Made by a program: the position numbers and the translations under genes. The notes under the pieces are model-generated. The model worked only from the letters and a program-made list of their open reading frames with translations. It made no database searches and was not told the DNA's origin. 45,427 nucleotides of DNA from Ilumatobacteraceae bacterium (GTDB taxonomy: Bacteria; Actinomycetota; Acidimicrobiia; Acidimicrobiales; Ilumatobacteraceae): positions 1-45,427 of the forward strand of contig SKFX01000039.1 in assembly GCA_007117775.1 (NCBI GenBank), read 5' to 3'. Positions 1 to 8,376 of the stretch are shown here, one piece after another; the first letter of the stretch is position 1, and the number at the start of each line of letters is the position of its first letter.

Positions 1-735
1 GTGGCCGTTGACCATCGCTGCCGCCGGTGACGCGAGGTAGATGACGGCGCCGGCGACATCGGCGATGGTGCCGACCCGGCCGAGCGGGATGCGATCGAGC
101 ACACCGGCCAGATACTCCGGGTCATCGAGGCGCTCGGCGGTGCCGGGGGTGCGGATGAACGTCGGTGCCACCGCGTTCACGGTGACGCCGCGCGCCCCCC
201 ATTCGAGCGCGAGGACGCGCACCATCTGGTTCACCGCCCCCTTGGAGGCGCAGTACACGGCGTGATCGCGGATGCCGACCACCGAGGCCTGTGAGCTGAT
301 CGCGATGATCCGGCCCGACCCCTGCGCGAGCATGGCGCGACCGGCGGCCTGCATGGAGAAGAACATGCCCTTGGCGTTGGTGTCCATCATCTCGTCCCAG
401 TCCGCCTCGGTGATCTCGGTGGCGGGATGATTGGCGCCGAGGCCGGCGTTCGCGACCAGCACGTCGAGGCGGCCGTGGGCCTCGATGACCTCGGCCACCG
501 CGGCCTCGATCGAGTCGAGATCGCCGACGTCGAGGCGATGTGCACTTGCGGCTCCGGTCGCGTCGGCGACGGCGCGGGCATCATCGGGGTCGCGGGCGCT
601 GACCGCGACTGTGGCACCGGCCGCGACCAGTGCCTCGACGAGACCGGCGCCGATGCCACGGCTGGCGCCGGTGATCAGCACCACGTCGCCGGCGAGGTCG
701 AATGATGGCAGGTGGTCGCTGCTGGAGTCGGTCAT
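1..735 (-). CDS. SDR family oxidoreductase, partial; the C-terminal ~15 aa lie beyond the window start
   Basis: My own reverse translation gives MTDSSSDHLPSFDLAGDVVLITGASRGIGAG... (TGxxxGIG Rossmann motif). At position 1 it reads ...ADVAGAVIYLASPAAAMVNGH, a typical SDR C-terminus. The frame is open from 735 to 1. It is absent from the ORF track because no stop lies in the window. Confidence 0.85.
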   Translation of the reverse strand, partial: MTDSSSDHLPSFDLAGDVVLITGASRGIGAGLVEALVAAGATVAVSARDPDDARAVADATGAASAHRLDVGDLDSIEAAVAEVIEAHGRLDVLVANAGLGANHPATEITEADWDEMMDTNAKGMFFSMQAAGRAMLAQGSGRIIAISSQASVVGIRDHAVYCASKGAVNQMVRVLALEWGARGVTVNAVAPTFIRTPGTAERLDDPEYLAGVLDRIPLGRVGTIADVAGAVIYLASPAAAMVNGH

Positions 736-742
736 CGCGGCG

Positions 743-748
743 ATGCTA
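743..748 (-). promoter_or_regulatory. -10-like TAGCAT 7 nt upstream of the SDR ATG (leaderless-type promoter)
   Basis: Read directly; no room for an SD sequence. Confidence 0.4.
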
Positions 749-763
749 CGCCACGGCTGATGT

Positions 764-2059
764 TCAGCCGAACGACGTCACGTCGACGATCTCACCGGAT
801 TCGGTGATGATGTTCACCCGGTCGGGTTGGTAGTCAGCGGTGACGGGCAGGTCCTCACCGTCGACGCGCACGGCGCGCAGGGTCCAGGACCAGCCGTTCT
901 CGTAGATCAGCTCCTCGGCTTCACTCAGCGTCAGGCCCACCAGTGCGTCGCGTACCCCCTCGAGGTCGAGGCCGTCGAAGGGATCGTCGATGAAGGGCGG
1001 ATCGATGACGGGCTGGCCGGGATCGGGTACGGCGTAGGGGTCCATCTGCACGAGGTACTCATCGGTGATCGCGGCGATGGTGTAGACACCACCGTCGGAG
1101 GCCTCGAAGCGATAGGCCGGGACCATCCACATCGAGCCGTCGGCCGCCCAACTGCTCCACAGGTCCGCTGAGACCGAAACCAACTCGACCTCGAATTCGG
1201 TGGTCGGGACGTCGCCGATGTCGATCGGCTCGGGCCGACCGATGTCGATCGGCTCGCTCTCGCGGGTCTCAGACCCAGCTGCGTCGGACCCAATCGCCTC
1301 GGACCCGGCCGCCTCGGGCGATGCGACCGGGGCGTCGGGGTCGAGATCGCCCGAATACGGCATGGCGACCGACCACGAACCCCATTGGGCCGTGAGTCGC
1401 TCGATGGCCTCATCGATGCCGATCAGCGGATACGGCCCGGTCGGGATCGCGTCAGCCAACCATCCCGATGCGTAGTCGACGCGGCCGAGCGCATCGGGTG
1501 CCCCTGAGACCAGATCGGGTCGACGGGTGCCACCGGCCATCCACCACGACAGGGTCGCATCAGCGGCGACCTCGAGACGGGCGCCGGAGCCGTCGGTGGC
1601 CTCCACCACCCATTGTGATCCCATCGCCGGGTCTCCGGCCACCGGTTCGCCGACGATGCCGAAGTGCGCCGCCAGGTCACGGACCTGATCTCTGGTGGCC
1701 TGAGCGCCCGGAGGGTAGTGGTAGGCGACGTCATCGGTGGGCAGCGGGCCCAGTGCATCACCGGCCACGAACCGGGTGGTCATCCACACCCAGTCACCAC
1801 CGAATCCGGAATCGTCGACCATGTCGCCCCCGGGAGCGATGCTCATCGCGCCGAGCGAATCGTCACCGGCCATCTCGACGGCACTGTTCGGATCGTTCGA
1901 TTCGCCGGTCACCTCGATGCGCACCGGGGGAGCGAGCTCGAGTTCTCGGCGCTCGGTGGTGGCCGAGTCGCTGCTCTCACGGGTGTCACAGGCGCGGGCG
2001 AATGCGGCCACTGCGCCGAGCGCAGCGACGACGACGACGACGGCGGTTGCTTTGTGCAT
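764..2059 (-). CDS. Secreted lipoprotein of unknown function with a C-terminal peptidase-inhibitor-I78-like segment
   Basis: Signal peptide plus lipobox (MHKATAVVVVVAALGAVAAFARAC). GGGGAGAA RBS upstream. The C-terminus RAVRVDGEDLPVTADYQPDRVNIITESGEIVDVTSFG resembles the I78 pattern (..TxDYxxDRxNI....G.I..V..G). Acidic low-complexity linker. Confidence 0.6.
   Translation of the reverse strand: MHKATAVVVVVAALGAVAAFARACDTRESSDSATTERRELELAPPVRIEVTGESNDPNSAVEMAGDDSLGAMSIAPGGDMVDDSGFGGDWVWMTTRFVAGDALGPLPTDDVAYHYPPGAQATRDQVRDLAAHFGIVGEPVAGDPAMGSQWVVEATDGSGARLEVAADATLSWWMAGGTRRPDLVSGAPDALGRVDYASGWLADAIPTGPYPLIGIDEAIERLTAQWGSWSVAMPYSGDLDPDAPVASPEAAGSEAIGSDAAGSETRESEPIDIGRPEPIDIGDVPTTEFEVELVSVSADLWSSWAADGSMWMVPAYRFEASDGGVYTIAAITDEYLVQMDPYAVPDPGQPVIDPPFIDDPFDGLDLEGVRDALVGLTLSEAEELIYENGWSWTLRAVRVDGEDLPVTADYQPDRVNIITESGEIVDVTSFG
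1215..1256. repeat. 18-bp direct repeat CCGATGTCGATCGGCTCG, two copies at 24-bp period, inside the lipoprotein gene
   Basis: Copies at 1215-1232 and 1239-1256. They encode EPIDIG-RP-EPIDIG on the minus strand. Confidence 0.85.
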
Positions 2060-2184
2060 GGTGTTCTCCCCGGTCTGGTCGCTCTGCGATGAGGTGCGCT
2101 GAGTCTGTCAGGTTGGACGCCAGCCGGGGCGCCATGGTTCCCGTCGTTCTCGGGTCCATTCCAGCGGTGTGGTCGTCCACCCGG

Positions 2185-2199
2185 GATCGGTGACCGATC
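2185..2199. promoter_or_regulatory. 15-bp palindrome GATCGGT-G-ACCGATC just upstream of the dgoK -10 box (candidate GntR-type operator)
   Basis: Perfect 7-bp arms. The GT-N-AC core resembles GntR-family operators. It is followed by TATCAT (2206-2211), which lies 6 nt before GTG 2218. Confidence 0.4.
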
Positions 2200-2217
2200 T
2201 GGTCGTATCATCGGCGC

Positions 2218-3117
2218 GTGGCCACCGCATCATCACCGGATCTGATCGCCGTCGATTGGGGGACCACATCGTTGCGGGCTTACCTGATGAGTGGATGCGA
2301 GGTTCTCGACGGCGTCCAGCGCGACAGTGGTGTCGGAGCGATCGCCGCCGGAGCCCATGACGCGGTGCTGTGGGATGCGATCGGGTCATGGGTGCAGCAC
2401 CATCGGGTGCCGGTGGCGGTCGGCGGGATGGGGACCAGTTCGGTGGGGATCGTCGAGACCCCCTATGTCGATACACCCACCGATGCCGCATCACTCGCTG
2501 CTGGGGTGGTCAGCATGCACTGGCGCGGCGTTGAGTTGCTGGCTCTGCCCGGGGTGCGCGTCGACAGCGGTGGCGGCCGATTCGATGTGATGCGCGGTGA
2601 GGAACTCGAGATCCTCGGCAGCAACTGCGATCCGGGTGTGGTGGTGCTCGCCGGATCCCACTGCAAATGGGTGTGGTGGGACCCACCGGTGATCGGTGAG
2701 TTCCGGACCTACCTCACCGGCGAGTTGTATGCGGCCACCTCGACGGCGACACTGTTGGCGCGCAGTCTCGCCGAGGGCGTTCGAGCACGGCCGGGGGAGG
2801 CGTTTCGTGCTGCGGTCCGCGAGGTAGCCGAATCGTCACTCGTGCATCAGCTGTTCTCGGTGCGCACCGAATCGCTGCGCGGTGCCGATGCCCAACAGTG
2901 CGCCGATCGACTCGCTGGCCTGATCATCGGCGCGGAGGTGCTCGATGCCCTCGAGTGGGCGCATCGGCCCCGATCGGTCAGCCTGGTGGCCGCCGCCGAA
3001 CTCGCCGCGCTGTACCGCGAGGCCTTCGGTGTCCACGGTGTGGCGGTGGAGGTCATCGCTGCCGACGCGGCGGCGCGCGGGATCGCGAGGGTGATCCGGG
3101 AGCGGGGCGGCCGATGA
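2218..3117 (+). CDS. dgoK: 2-dehydro-3-deoxygalactonokinase
   Basis: GTG start. IAVDWGTTSLRAY, DVMRGEE.EILG, GSHCKWV, TGELY and LIIGAEV align along the whole length with E. coli DgoK as I recall it. ATGA overlap with the next gene. Confidence 0.85.
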   Translation: MATASSPDLIAVDWGTTSLRAYLMSGCEVLDGVQRDSGVGAIAAGAHDAVLWDAIGSWVQHHRVPVAVGGMGTSSVGIVETPYVDTPTDAASLAAGVVSMHWRGVELLALPGVRVDSGGGRFDVMRGEELEILGSNCDPGVVVLAGSHCKWVWWDPPVIGEFRTYLTGELYAATSTATLLARSLAEGVRARPGEAFRAAVREVAESSLVHQLFSVRTESLRGADAQQCADRLAGLIIGAEVLDALEWAHRPRSVSLVAAAELAALYREAFGVHGVAVEVIAADAAARGIARVIRERGGR

Positions 3118-3722
3118 ATCTCGACGAGGCGCTGGCGATCCGGCCGGTCATCGCGATCCTGCGCGGTGTGCGACCCGTCGAGGTCACCGCGATCGCCGAG
3201 GTGCTGCTCGCCGAGGGGATCGCGGCCATCGAGGTGCCGCTCAATTCCCCCGAGCCCCTCGTCTCGATCGAGATGCTCGCCGAGGTGGTCGGCGGATCCG
3301 GTGCAGTCGGTGCGGGCACGGTGCTCGATCCGGCCGATGTGGCCCGCTGTCTGGATGCCGGTGCCACCTATCTGGTGTCACCGCATTTCGATCCGGCCGT
3401 GGTGGGCGCGGTCCCCGGTGCCGTGCATCTGCCCGGTGTCGCGACGCCGAGCGAGGCGATGGCAGCGTGCCGCGCCGGCTGTCGGCGGGTCAAGGTCTTC
3501 CCGGCCGATGTGGTCACCACCACCGGGATCCGGGCCTGGTCGGCGGTGCTCCCCGACGATCTCGGACTCGTCGCCGTATCAGGTGTCGATGCTGACAACG
3601 CCAGCGACTATCTCGAGGCCGGTGCCGAGGCCATCGGCGTCGGCGGCTCGCTGTATCGGCCCGGTGACGACCCGGCCACCGTGTCGTCAGCAGCGCGGCG
3701 ACTGGTGCGCGCGCTCAGTTGA
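3114..3722 (+). CDS. dgoA: 2-dehydro-3-deoxy-6-phosphogalactonate aldolase
   Basis: Internal ATG of ORF 2898..3722, overlapping the dgoK stop. PVIAILRG, IEVPLNSPEP, GAGTVL, VKVFPA and LYRPG match the DgoA pattern. Confidence 0.85.
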   Translation: MNLDEALAIRPVIAILRGVRPVEVTAIAEVLLAEGIAAIEVPLNSPEPLVSIEMLAEVVGGSGAVGAGTVLDPADVARCLDAGATYLVSPHFDPAVVGAVPGAVHLPGVATPSEAMAACRAGCRRVKVFPADVVTTTGIRAWSAVLPDDLGLVAVSGVDADNASDYLEAGAEAIGVGGSLYRPGDDPATVSSAARRLVRALS

Positions 3723-3736
3723 ATCATCCGGGGACG

Positions 3737-5002
3737 TCAGGTCGCGGTCTGAGCGAGATAGCGCAGTGCGCCGAGTGCGTAGATCATGGCGGCCTCGGCC
3801 GCACCGGCGGCGCGCAGGGACTCGTTCGGACTGTGGGCGCGGGGCAGGAACCCCGGCCCGAACGAGGCGATGCACGGGATACCGGCGGCACGTTGGATGA
3901 AGGCGGCATCGGTGGCGCCCGGGAATGCCTCGAGGCGCGGCCGCTGCTCGAGCACGACCTCGGCGATGTCGGCGAGCGCATCGACGATCGGGTGGCTGGC
4001 ATCGATCTCGCTGGCCTCGACCATGAGGTTCCATTCGAGTCGGGCGTCGAGTTCGGGATCAGCGGCCATCGCGTCGTCCAAGAAGCGTTGGAGATCGGCC
4101 TGGACCTGGGCTTCGGTCATGCCCGGGATGGTGCGGATATCCGATGCGATCTCGGCGCGACCGGGGTAGACGCCGTAGGTGACGCCGGCCTCGGCCATCA
4201 CGCCGACGTTCACCGTCGGGCCCATCGTGCAGTACGGGTGGTCGTCATAGGTCAGATAGCTGCGCAGTTCACGGTCCATCTTGAGGGCCAGTTCAGCCAT
4301 CTTGAGCGTCGCGTTGACCCGTGGGAGCTGGTCGGAGATCGACGAGTGCATCTGGGTGCCGAGGACCACGATCTTGAAGAGGGCCGCGCCGCGGCTCACG
4401 AGGTGGATCGACTCCCATTCGGCGTGCACACCGCCGGGCTCGCCGATCACGCAGACATCGGCGTTGAGGTGACCGGCCGATGCCAGCCATTTGGAACCGA
4501 CCGTGGAACCGTTCTCCTCATCGGCGGTGAGTGCGAGTGAGAGGCGACCGGGGAACGATCCGAGGTCGCGCAGCGCGGCGGCGGCGTAGACCATGGCGGC
4601 GATCGATGCCTTCATATCGCCTGAGCCGAGGCCGATCAGCTGATCGTCGATGATGGTCGGCTCGAAGGGGTCGGTCCTCCACTCGTCGAGGTTGCCCGGC
4701 GGCTTGGTGTCGATATGGCCTGACAGCATCAGGGTCTGGCCCGGCCGGTCGCCGTCGATATGGGCCATGACATTGGGTCGCGTCGGCTCGCAGCTGAGCA
4801 CGCTGGCATCATCGATGCCCAATTCGCCGAGCCGCTTCATGATCACAGTGCTGATTTCGGACTCATCGCCGGGCGGGTTGACCGAGTTGGTCCGGATCAG
4901 ATCGCAGGTGAACTCGAGGATCTCATCGGCGCGTTCGGTGAGATAGGCCGCGACGCGACGCTCGGCGTCGGTGTTCAGACGCGATGGGATGGTCTCGAAC
5001 AT
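3737..5002 (-). CDS. M20 family metallo-amidohydrolase (ArgE/DapE/CPG2-like)
   Basis: LSGHIDTKPPG, GLGSGDMK and LTADEENGS metal-ligand motifs. Start set at MFETIPS (ATG 5002), which has a GGAGG RBS. The longer track ORF to 5083 would run through the AT-rich promoter palindrome. Confidence 0.8.
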   Translation of the reverse strand: MFETIPSRLNTDAERRVAAYLTERADEILEFTCDLIRTNSVNPPGDESEISTVIMKRLGELGIDDASVLSCEPTRPNVMAHIDGDRPGQTLMLSGHIDTKPPGNLDEWRTDPFEPTIIDDQLIGLGSGDMKASIAAMVYAAAALRDLGSFPGRLSLALTADEENGSTVGSKWLASAGHLNADVCVIGEPGGVHAEWESIHLVSRGAALFKIVVLGTQMHSSISDQLPRVNATLKMAELALKMDRELRSYLTYDDHPYCTMGPTVNVGVMAEAGVTYGVYPGRAEIASDIRTIPGMTEAQVQADLQRFLDDAMAADPELDARLEWNLMVEASEIDASHPIVDALADIAEVVLEQRPRLEAFPGATDAAFIQRAAGIPCIASFGPGFLPRAHSPNESLRAAGAAEAAMIYALGALRYLAQTAT

Positions 5003-5060
5003 GTCAGCCTCCGGCGTGGCGAGGTCGGGGAGATCGCTGGCGATCCCCGGATGATGCACG

Positions 5061-5076
5061 AAGATTATATAATCTT
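5061..5076. promoter_or_regulatory. Perfect 16-bp AT-rich palindrome AAGATTATATAATCTT in the M20/eda divergent intergenic region (candidate operator overlapping -10 boxes)
   Basis: Self-complementary as read directly from the sequence. Contains TATAAT on both strands. It is the only AT-rich island in this intergenic region. Confidence 0.55.
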
Positions 5077-5127
5077 TGTGCATCGGGCAACTGCGTGGAG
5101 CGCGCCGTTCGCACCCGGTGAACTCCG

Positions 5128-5811
5128 ATGATTCCGATCCTGCAGACCGAACAGGGCGCTGCGCTGCGAGCGCATCTCGACACCCACCGCGTCATCGCCA
5201 TCGTGCGCGCCGATGCCGTCGCTGATCCGGTCGGCCTCGCTGCTGGATTGAGCGACGCCGGGATCGGGTCGCTGGAGTTCACTCTGACCACTCCGGGTGC
5301 CCTCGAGTCCATCGCGGCGGTCGCCGAGGGCGCGCCGGATCGCTGCCGGGTTGGCGTCGGGACGGTGGTCGACCCCGCTCAGGTGGCGCCGGCGGTCGAG
5401 GCCGGGGCGGGCTTCGTTGTCACGCCGGCACCACTGCCGAGCACCCCTGAGATCGCGGCGGAATGCCGACGCCTCGGTATCGGACTCATCGCCGGGGCGA
5501 TGACCCCCGGTGAGATCGTGACGGCCGCAGCGCTTGCGGATCTGGTCAAGATCTTCCCGGCCCGTTCGCTCGGACCCCGCTATCTCAGCGATGTTCTCGC
5601 GCCGCTGGAGGGTCTCGCGCTGGTGCCCTCGGGTGGGATCGCCCTCGATGAGGTCGCCGACTACCTCGCGGCGGGCGCTGCTGCGGTCGGTGTCGGCTCA
5701 CTCATGGAGTCATCGGCGCTGCGCACCGGTGATCACGCTGTGATCTTCGAGCGGGCACGACGACTGATGGAGAGCCTGGTGGTAGGCGGTCGCGATATCG
5801 ACGGTGGCTGA
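5128..5811 (+). CDS. eda: KDPG/KHG aldolase (Eda family)
   Basis: VIAIVR, LEFTLTTPGA, VGVGTVV and VKIFPA (Schiff-base Lys context) motifs. Followed by a PfkB kinase gene. Confidence 0.8.
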   Translation: MIPILQTEQGAALRAHLDTHRVIAIVRADAVADPVGLAAGLSDAGIGSLEFTLTTPGALESIAAVAEGAPDRCRVGVGTVVDPAQVAPAVEAGAGFVVTPAPLPSTPEIAAECRRLGIGLIAGAMTPGEIVTAAALADLVKIFPARSLGPRYLSDVLAPLEGLALVPSGGIALDEVADYLAAGAAAVGVGSLMESSALRTGDHAVIFERARRLMESLVVGGRDIDGG

Positions 5812-6796
5812 GATGGCTGTTGAGACGGAGCCCGAGACCCAGATGACGGCGCCATCGACCAGCAGCGTCGGGCGCACCGCTCGGGTTCTGACCGTCGGAG
5901 CGCCGATCGTCGCGGTGCTGCCGACCGGGCCTGAGCCGATGGACGCGGTGTCGACCTGTCGCTTCGCTGTCGGCGGCGCCGAGGTGAACCTCGCCATCGG
6001 CCTGGCGCGACTGGGTATCGCAGTCGACTACATCGGCCGGGTCGGTGATGATCCGCTCGGCGCGATGGTGCTCGATCGGCTGCGCAATGCGGGTATCGGC
6101 TGTGAGGGGGTGGTCGTCGATGCCGACCGGGCCACCGATCTGTATCTGCGGGAATGGTTGCCCGATGGGATGCGGCGACCGCTCTATTACCGCACCGGCA
6201 CGGCCGGCGCAGCGCTGTGTCCCGATGATCTGGGTCGCTGGATCGAGACCGGGAATGGTGCCGTCGGGTTCGCAGCGATCGACCTCGTGCATCTGACCGG
6301 GATCACCCCCGCACTCGGCATCAGCGCATCCGCAGCGGTGCGCGCCGTGATCGATGCAGCCCGCGCCGCTGACATGCCGATCAGCCTCGATCCCAACCAT
6401 CGACCCCGCCTGTGGTCCGCCGAGGCAGCCAGGCCGGTGCTCGTCGAGATGGCGCGAGCTGCGACGCTGCTGATGTTGTCGACCGAGGACGCTGAGGTGC
6501 TCTTCGGTCCCGGTCTCGGCGTCGACGCCGTCATCGATGCCGCCCATGGGCTCGGCCCGGCACTCGTCGTGTTCAAAGCCGGTGCCGATGGTGCGGTGGT
6601 CTCAGATGGTCGACGATCGGTGGGTGTGCCCGCATTGCGCGTTGATGACGCCGTCGATCCCGTCGGTGCCGGCGATGCCTTCGATGCCGGCTTCATCGCC
6701 GGCTGGCTGCGCGGCGACGATCTCGAGACCAGCGGTCGGCTCGGCGCGCAGGCCGCCGCGGCGGTGATCCGCCGACCCGGCGAACACGAGATCTGA
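5804..6796 (+). CDS. kdgK: 2-dehydro-3-deoxygluconokinase / PfkB-family sugar kinase
   Basis: FAVGGAEVNLAIGLARLG N-terminal motif and DPVGAGDAFDAGF C-terminal PfkB signature. The start is ambiguous: GTG 5804 overlaps eda by 8 nt; ATG 5813 is the alternative. Confidence 0.75.
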   Translation: MAEMAVETEPETQMTAPSTSSVGRTARVLTVGAPIVAVLPTGPEPMDAVSTCRFAVGGAEVNLAIGLARLGIAVDYIGRVGDDPLGAMVLDRLRNAGIGCEGVVVDADRATDLYLREWLPDGMRRPLYYRTGTAGAALCPDDLGRWIETGNGAVGFAAIDLVHLTGITPALGISASAAVRAVIDAARAADMPISLDPNHRPRLWSAEAARPVLVEMARAATLLMLSTEDAEVLFGPGLGVDAVIDAAHGLGPALVVFKAGADGAVVSDGRRSVGVPALRVDDAVDPVGAGDAFDAGFIAGWLRGDDLETSGRLGAQAAAAVIRRPGEHEI

Positions 6797-6805
6797 CCAT
6801 GGCTG

Positions 6806-6834
6806 CGCCGCTGAGTCGCCGCGCCTCAGCGGCG
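6806..6834. terminator. Bidirectional stem-loop between convergent kdgK and amidase genes
   Basis: CGCCGCTGAG (6806-6815) and CTCAGCGGCG (6825-6834) are perfect reverse complements with a 9-nt loop. There is no U-tract. The stem overlaps the amidase stop codon. Confidence 0.45.
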
Positions 6835-8304
6835 ACGGCACAGGTCGTAGTGGTGGGCCCAGGGTTGGATCTGCTCGAAGACGTGGCTGGCGCGGATCAC
6901 GCCGACATCGTCATATCGGCCACCGATGATCTGCATGCCGACCGGGAGGCGGTCATCGATGAGTCCGGCGGGGATCGAGGCGGCTGGATGGCCGGTGAAG
7001 TTCACGAAGTAGGTCATGCACCATCCGATGAGGCGTTCGACGCGCTGGCCGTCCACCTCGGCGGGCCCGACGGTGTCACCGTCGTCTGCATTGTCGACCT
7101 GCACCGCCGACAGCGTCGGGGTGACGAGGAAGTCGTAGCGGTCGAGCACCGATTGCATGGCGTCGTTGACCGCAGTGCGCATGATCTGGTCGCGCGCCAG
7201 ATCATGCACGCTGAGGCGGTATCCCTCCTCGATCCGGCGCACGTACTCGGGCGGCATCGACGAGCGGTGCTCGCCGAGCAGGTCGATGCCCTCGGCGCGC
7301 AGTCCCTCGAGGGTGCCGATGTTGAGTGGGGCGATCATCCGACACCACAGATCGGCGAGTTCGAGATGGTCATAGGCGAGATCGATCGATACCTTCTCGA
7401 CCGTCGCCCCGGCCTCGCCGAAGCGCATCACGGCGCGCTCGACCACCTCGGCGACGCGTCGATCGACCGGATAGACGCCGAAATCGGGGCTGTAGGCGAT
7501 GCGGATCCCACTGAGGTCACCGCTCAGGCCGAGGCGCGGGTCCGGTGAGTCCGAGACGCTGTAGGGGTCGGCGGAGTCGTAGCCCGACAGCACCGCCAAT
7601 GCGAGGGCGGCATCGCTGACGGTCCGGGTGATCGGGCCCTCGGCGACGAAGGGATAGGTGCCGGCGAACGCGTTGGGTCGCAGTCGCACCGGAACCCGCC
7701 CGAAGGAGGGTTTGATCCCATAGACACCGCACCATGCGGCCGGGATCCGGATCGAGCCACCGGCATCGGTGCCCTCGGCGATGCTCACCAGGCCGTCGGC
7801 CACCGCGGCCGCGCTCCCACCCGAGGAACCCCCGGTGTTCTTGGTCAGATCGAACGGATTGCGCGCCGGTCCGAACAGCGGGTTGTCGCAGGTGCCGCGC
7901 ATCCCCATTACCGGACTGTTGGTCTTGCCCACGAGCACCGCACCGGCGCGTTCGGTCCGTTCGGCGAAGACGCAGTGCAGATCGGGTCGGCGATCGGCCA
8001 GTGCCGGGACACCGCCGAAGGTCGCGGGCCAGCCCGGCTTGAAGTCGAACAGGTCCTTGAGCAGCATCGGGAGTCCCTCGAGGGCCCCGAGGGGTTCACC
8101 GGCGGCGATGCGCTCGGTGCTGGCGAGCGCTCGTTGCTGTGCTCCCTCGGCATCGAGGTACACCACCGCATTGAGCTCGCCATTGCGCTCATCGATGCGC
8201 TCGAGCGTTGCATCGAGCAGTTCGGTCGGCGTGAGTTGGCCGGTGTGCATCAGTTCGAGGAGTCGGCTCGCTGACGAGTAGGCGAATTCATCGCGGTCAT
8301 GCAT
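6826..8304 (-). CDS. Amidase-signature family amidase
   Basis: GGSSGGSAAAVA signature and LLKDLFD (catalytic Lys context). ATG 8304 is preceded by GGGGGA. The track start at 8316 is TTG. Confidence 0.85.
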   Translation of the reverse strand: MHDRDEFAYSSASRLLELMHTGQLTPTELLDATLERIDERNGELNAVVYLDAEGAQQRALASTERIAAGEPLGALEGLPMLLKDLFDFKPGWPATFGGVPALADRRPDLHCVFAERTERAGAVLVGKTNSPVMGMRGTCDNPLFGPARNPFDLTKNTGGSSGGSAAAVADGLVSIAEGTDAGGSIRIPAAWCGVYGIKPSFGRVPVRLRPNAFAGTYPFVAEGPITRTVSDAALALAVLSGYDSADPYSVSDSPDPRLGLSGDLSGIRIAYSPDFGVYPVDRRVAEVVERAVMRFGEAGATVEKVSIDLAYDHLELADLWCRMIAPLNIGTLEGLRAEGIDLLGEHRSSMPPEYVRRIEEGYRLSVHDLARDQIMRTAVNDAMQSVLDRYDFLVTPTLSAVQVDNADDGDTVGPAEVDGQRVERLIGWCMTYFVNFTGHPAASIPAGLIDDRLPVGMQIIGGRYDDVGVIRASHVFEQIQPWAHHYDLCRRR

Positions 8305-8376
8305 GTTGTCCCCCAAGTGGTCAGTGGCCCGCGCTGCGGGCCGTATCTCAGTGCTGGTGTGATCGTTGCTGTCGGA

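Noticed and set aside
5003-5083. N-terminal extension of the M20 gene (MHKDYIIFVHH...). The same applies to the extensions at 9067..9321 (RraA-like), 9218..9310 (SBP), 2898..3113 (dgoA), 28175..28492 (ADH), 30259..30471 (epimerase), 31289..31495 (FAH), 34053..34199 (serine hydrolase) and 18005..18067 (PNPOx-like).
   Set aside because: The extensions run through promoter elements or the preceding gene, lack an RBS and translate to low-complexity sequence. Internal starts have SD sequences or stop/start overlaps.
5702-6547. A 281-aa minus-strand ORF antisense to kdgK. The same applies to other long antisense or alternate-frame ORFs, e.g. 26001..27641 (+), 34032..35090 (-), 32840..33508 (-) and 11060..11995 (-).
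   Set aside because: Each lies opposite a frame with clear family motifs and shows R/P/G/H-rich junk-like translation. I treat them as GC-driven open frames, not genes.
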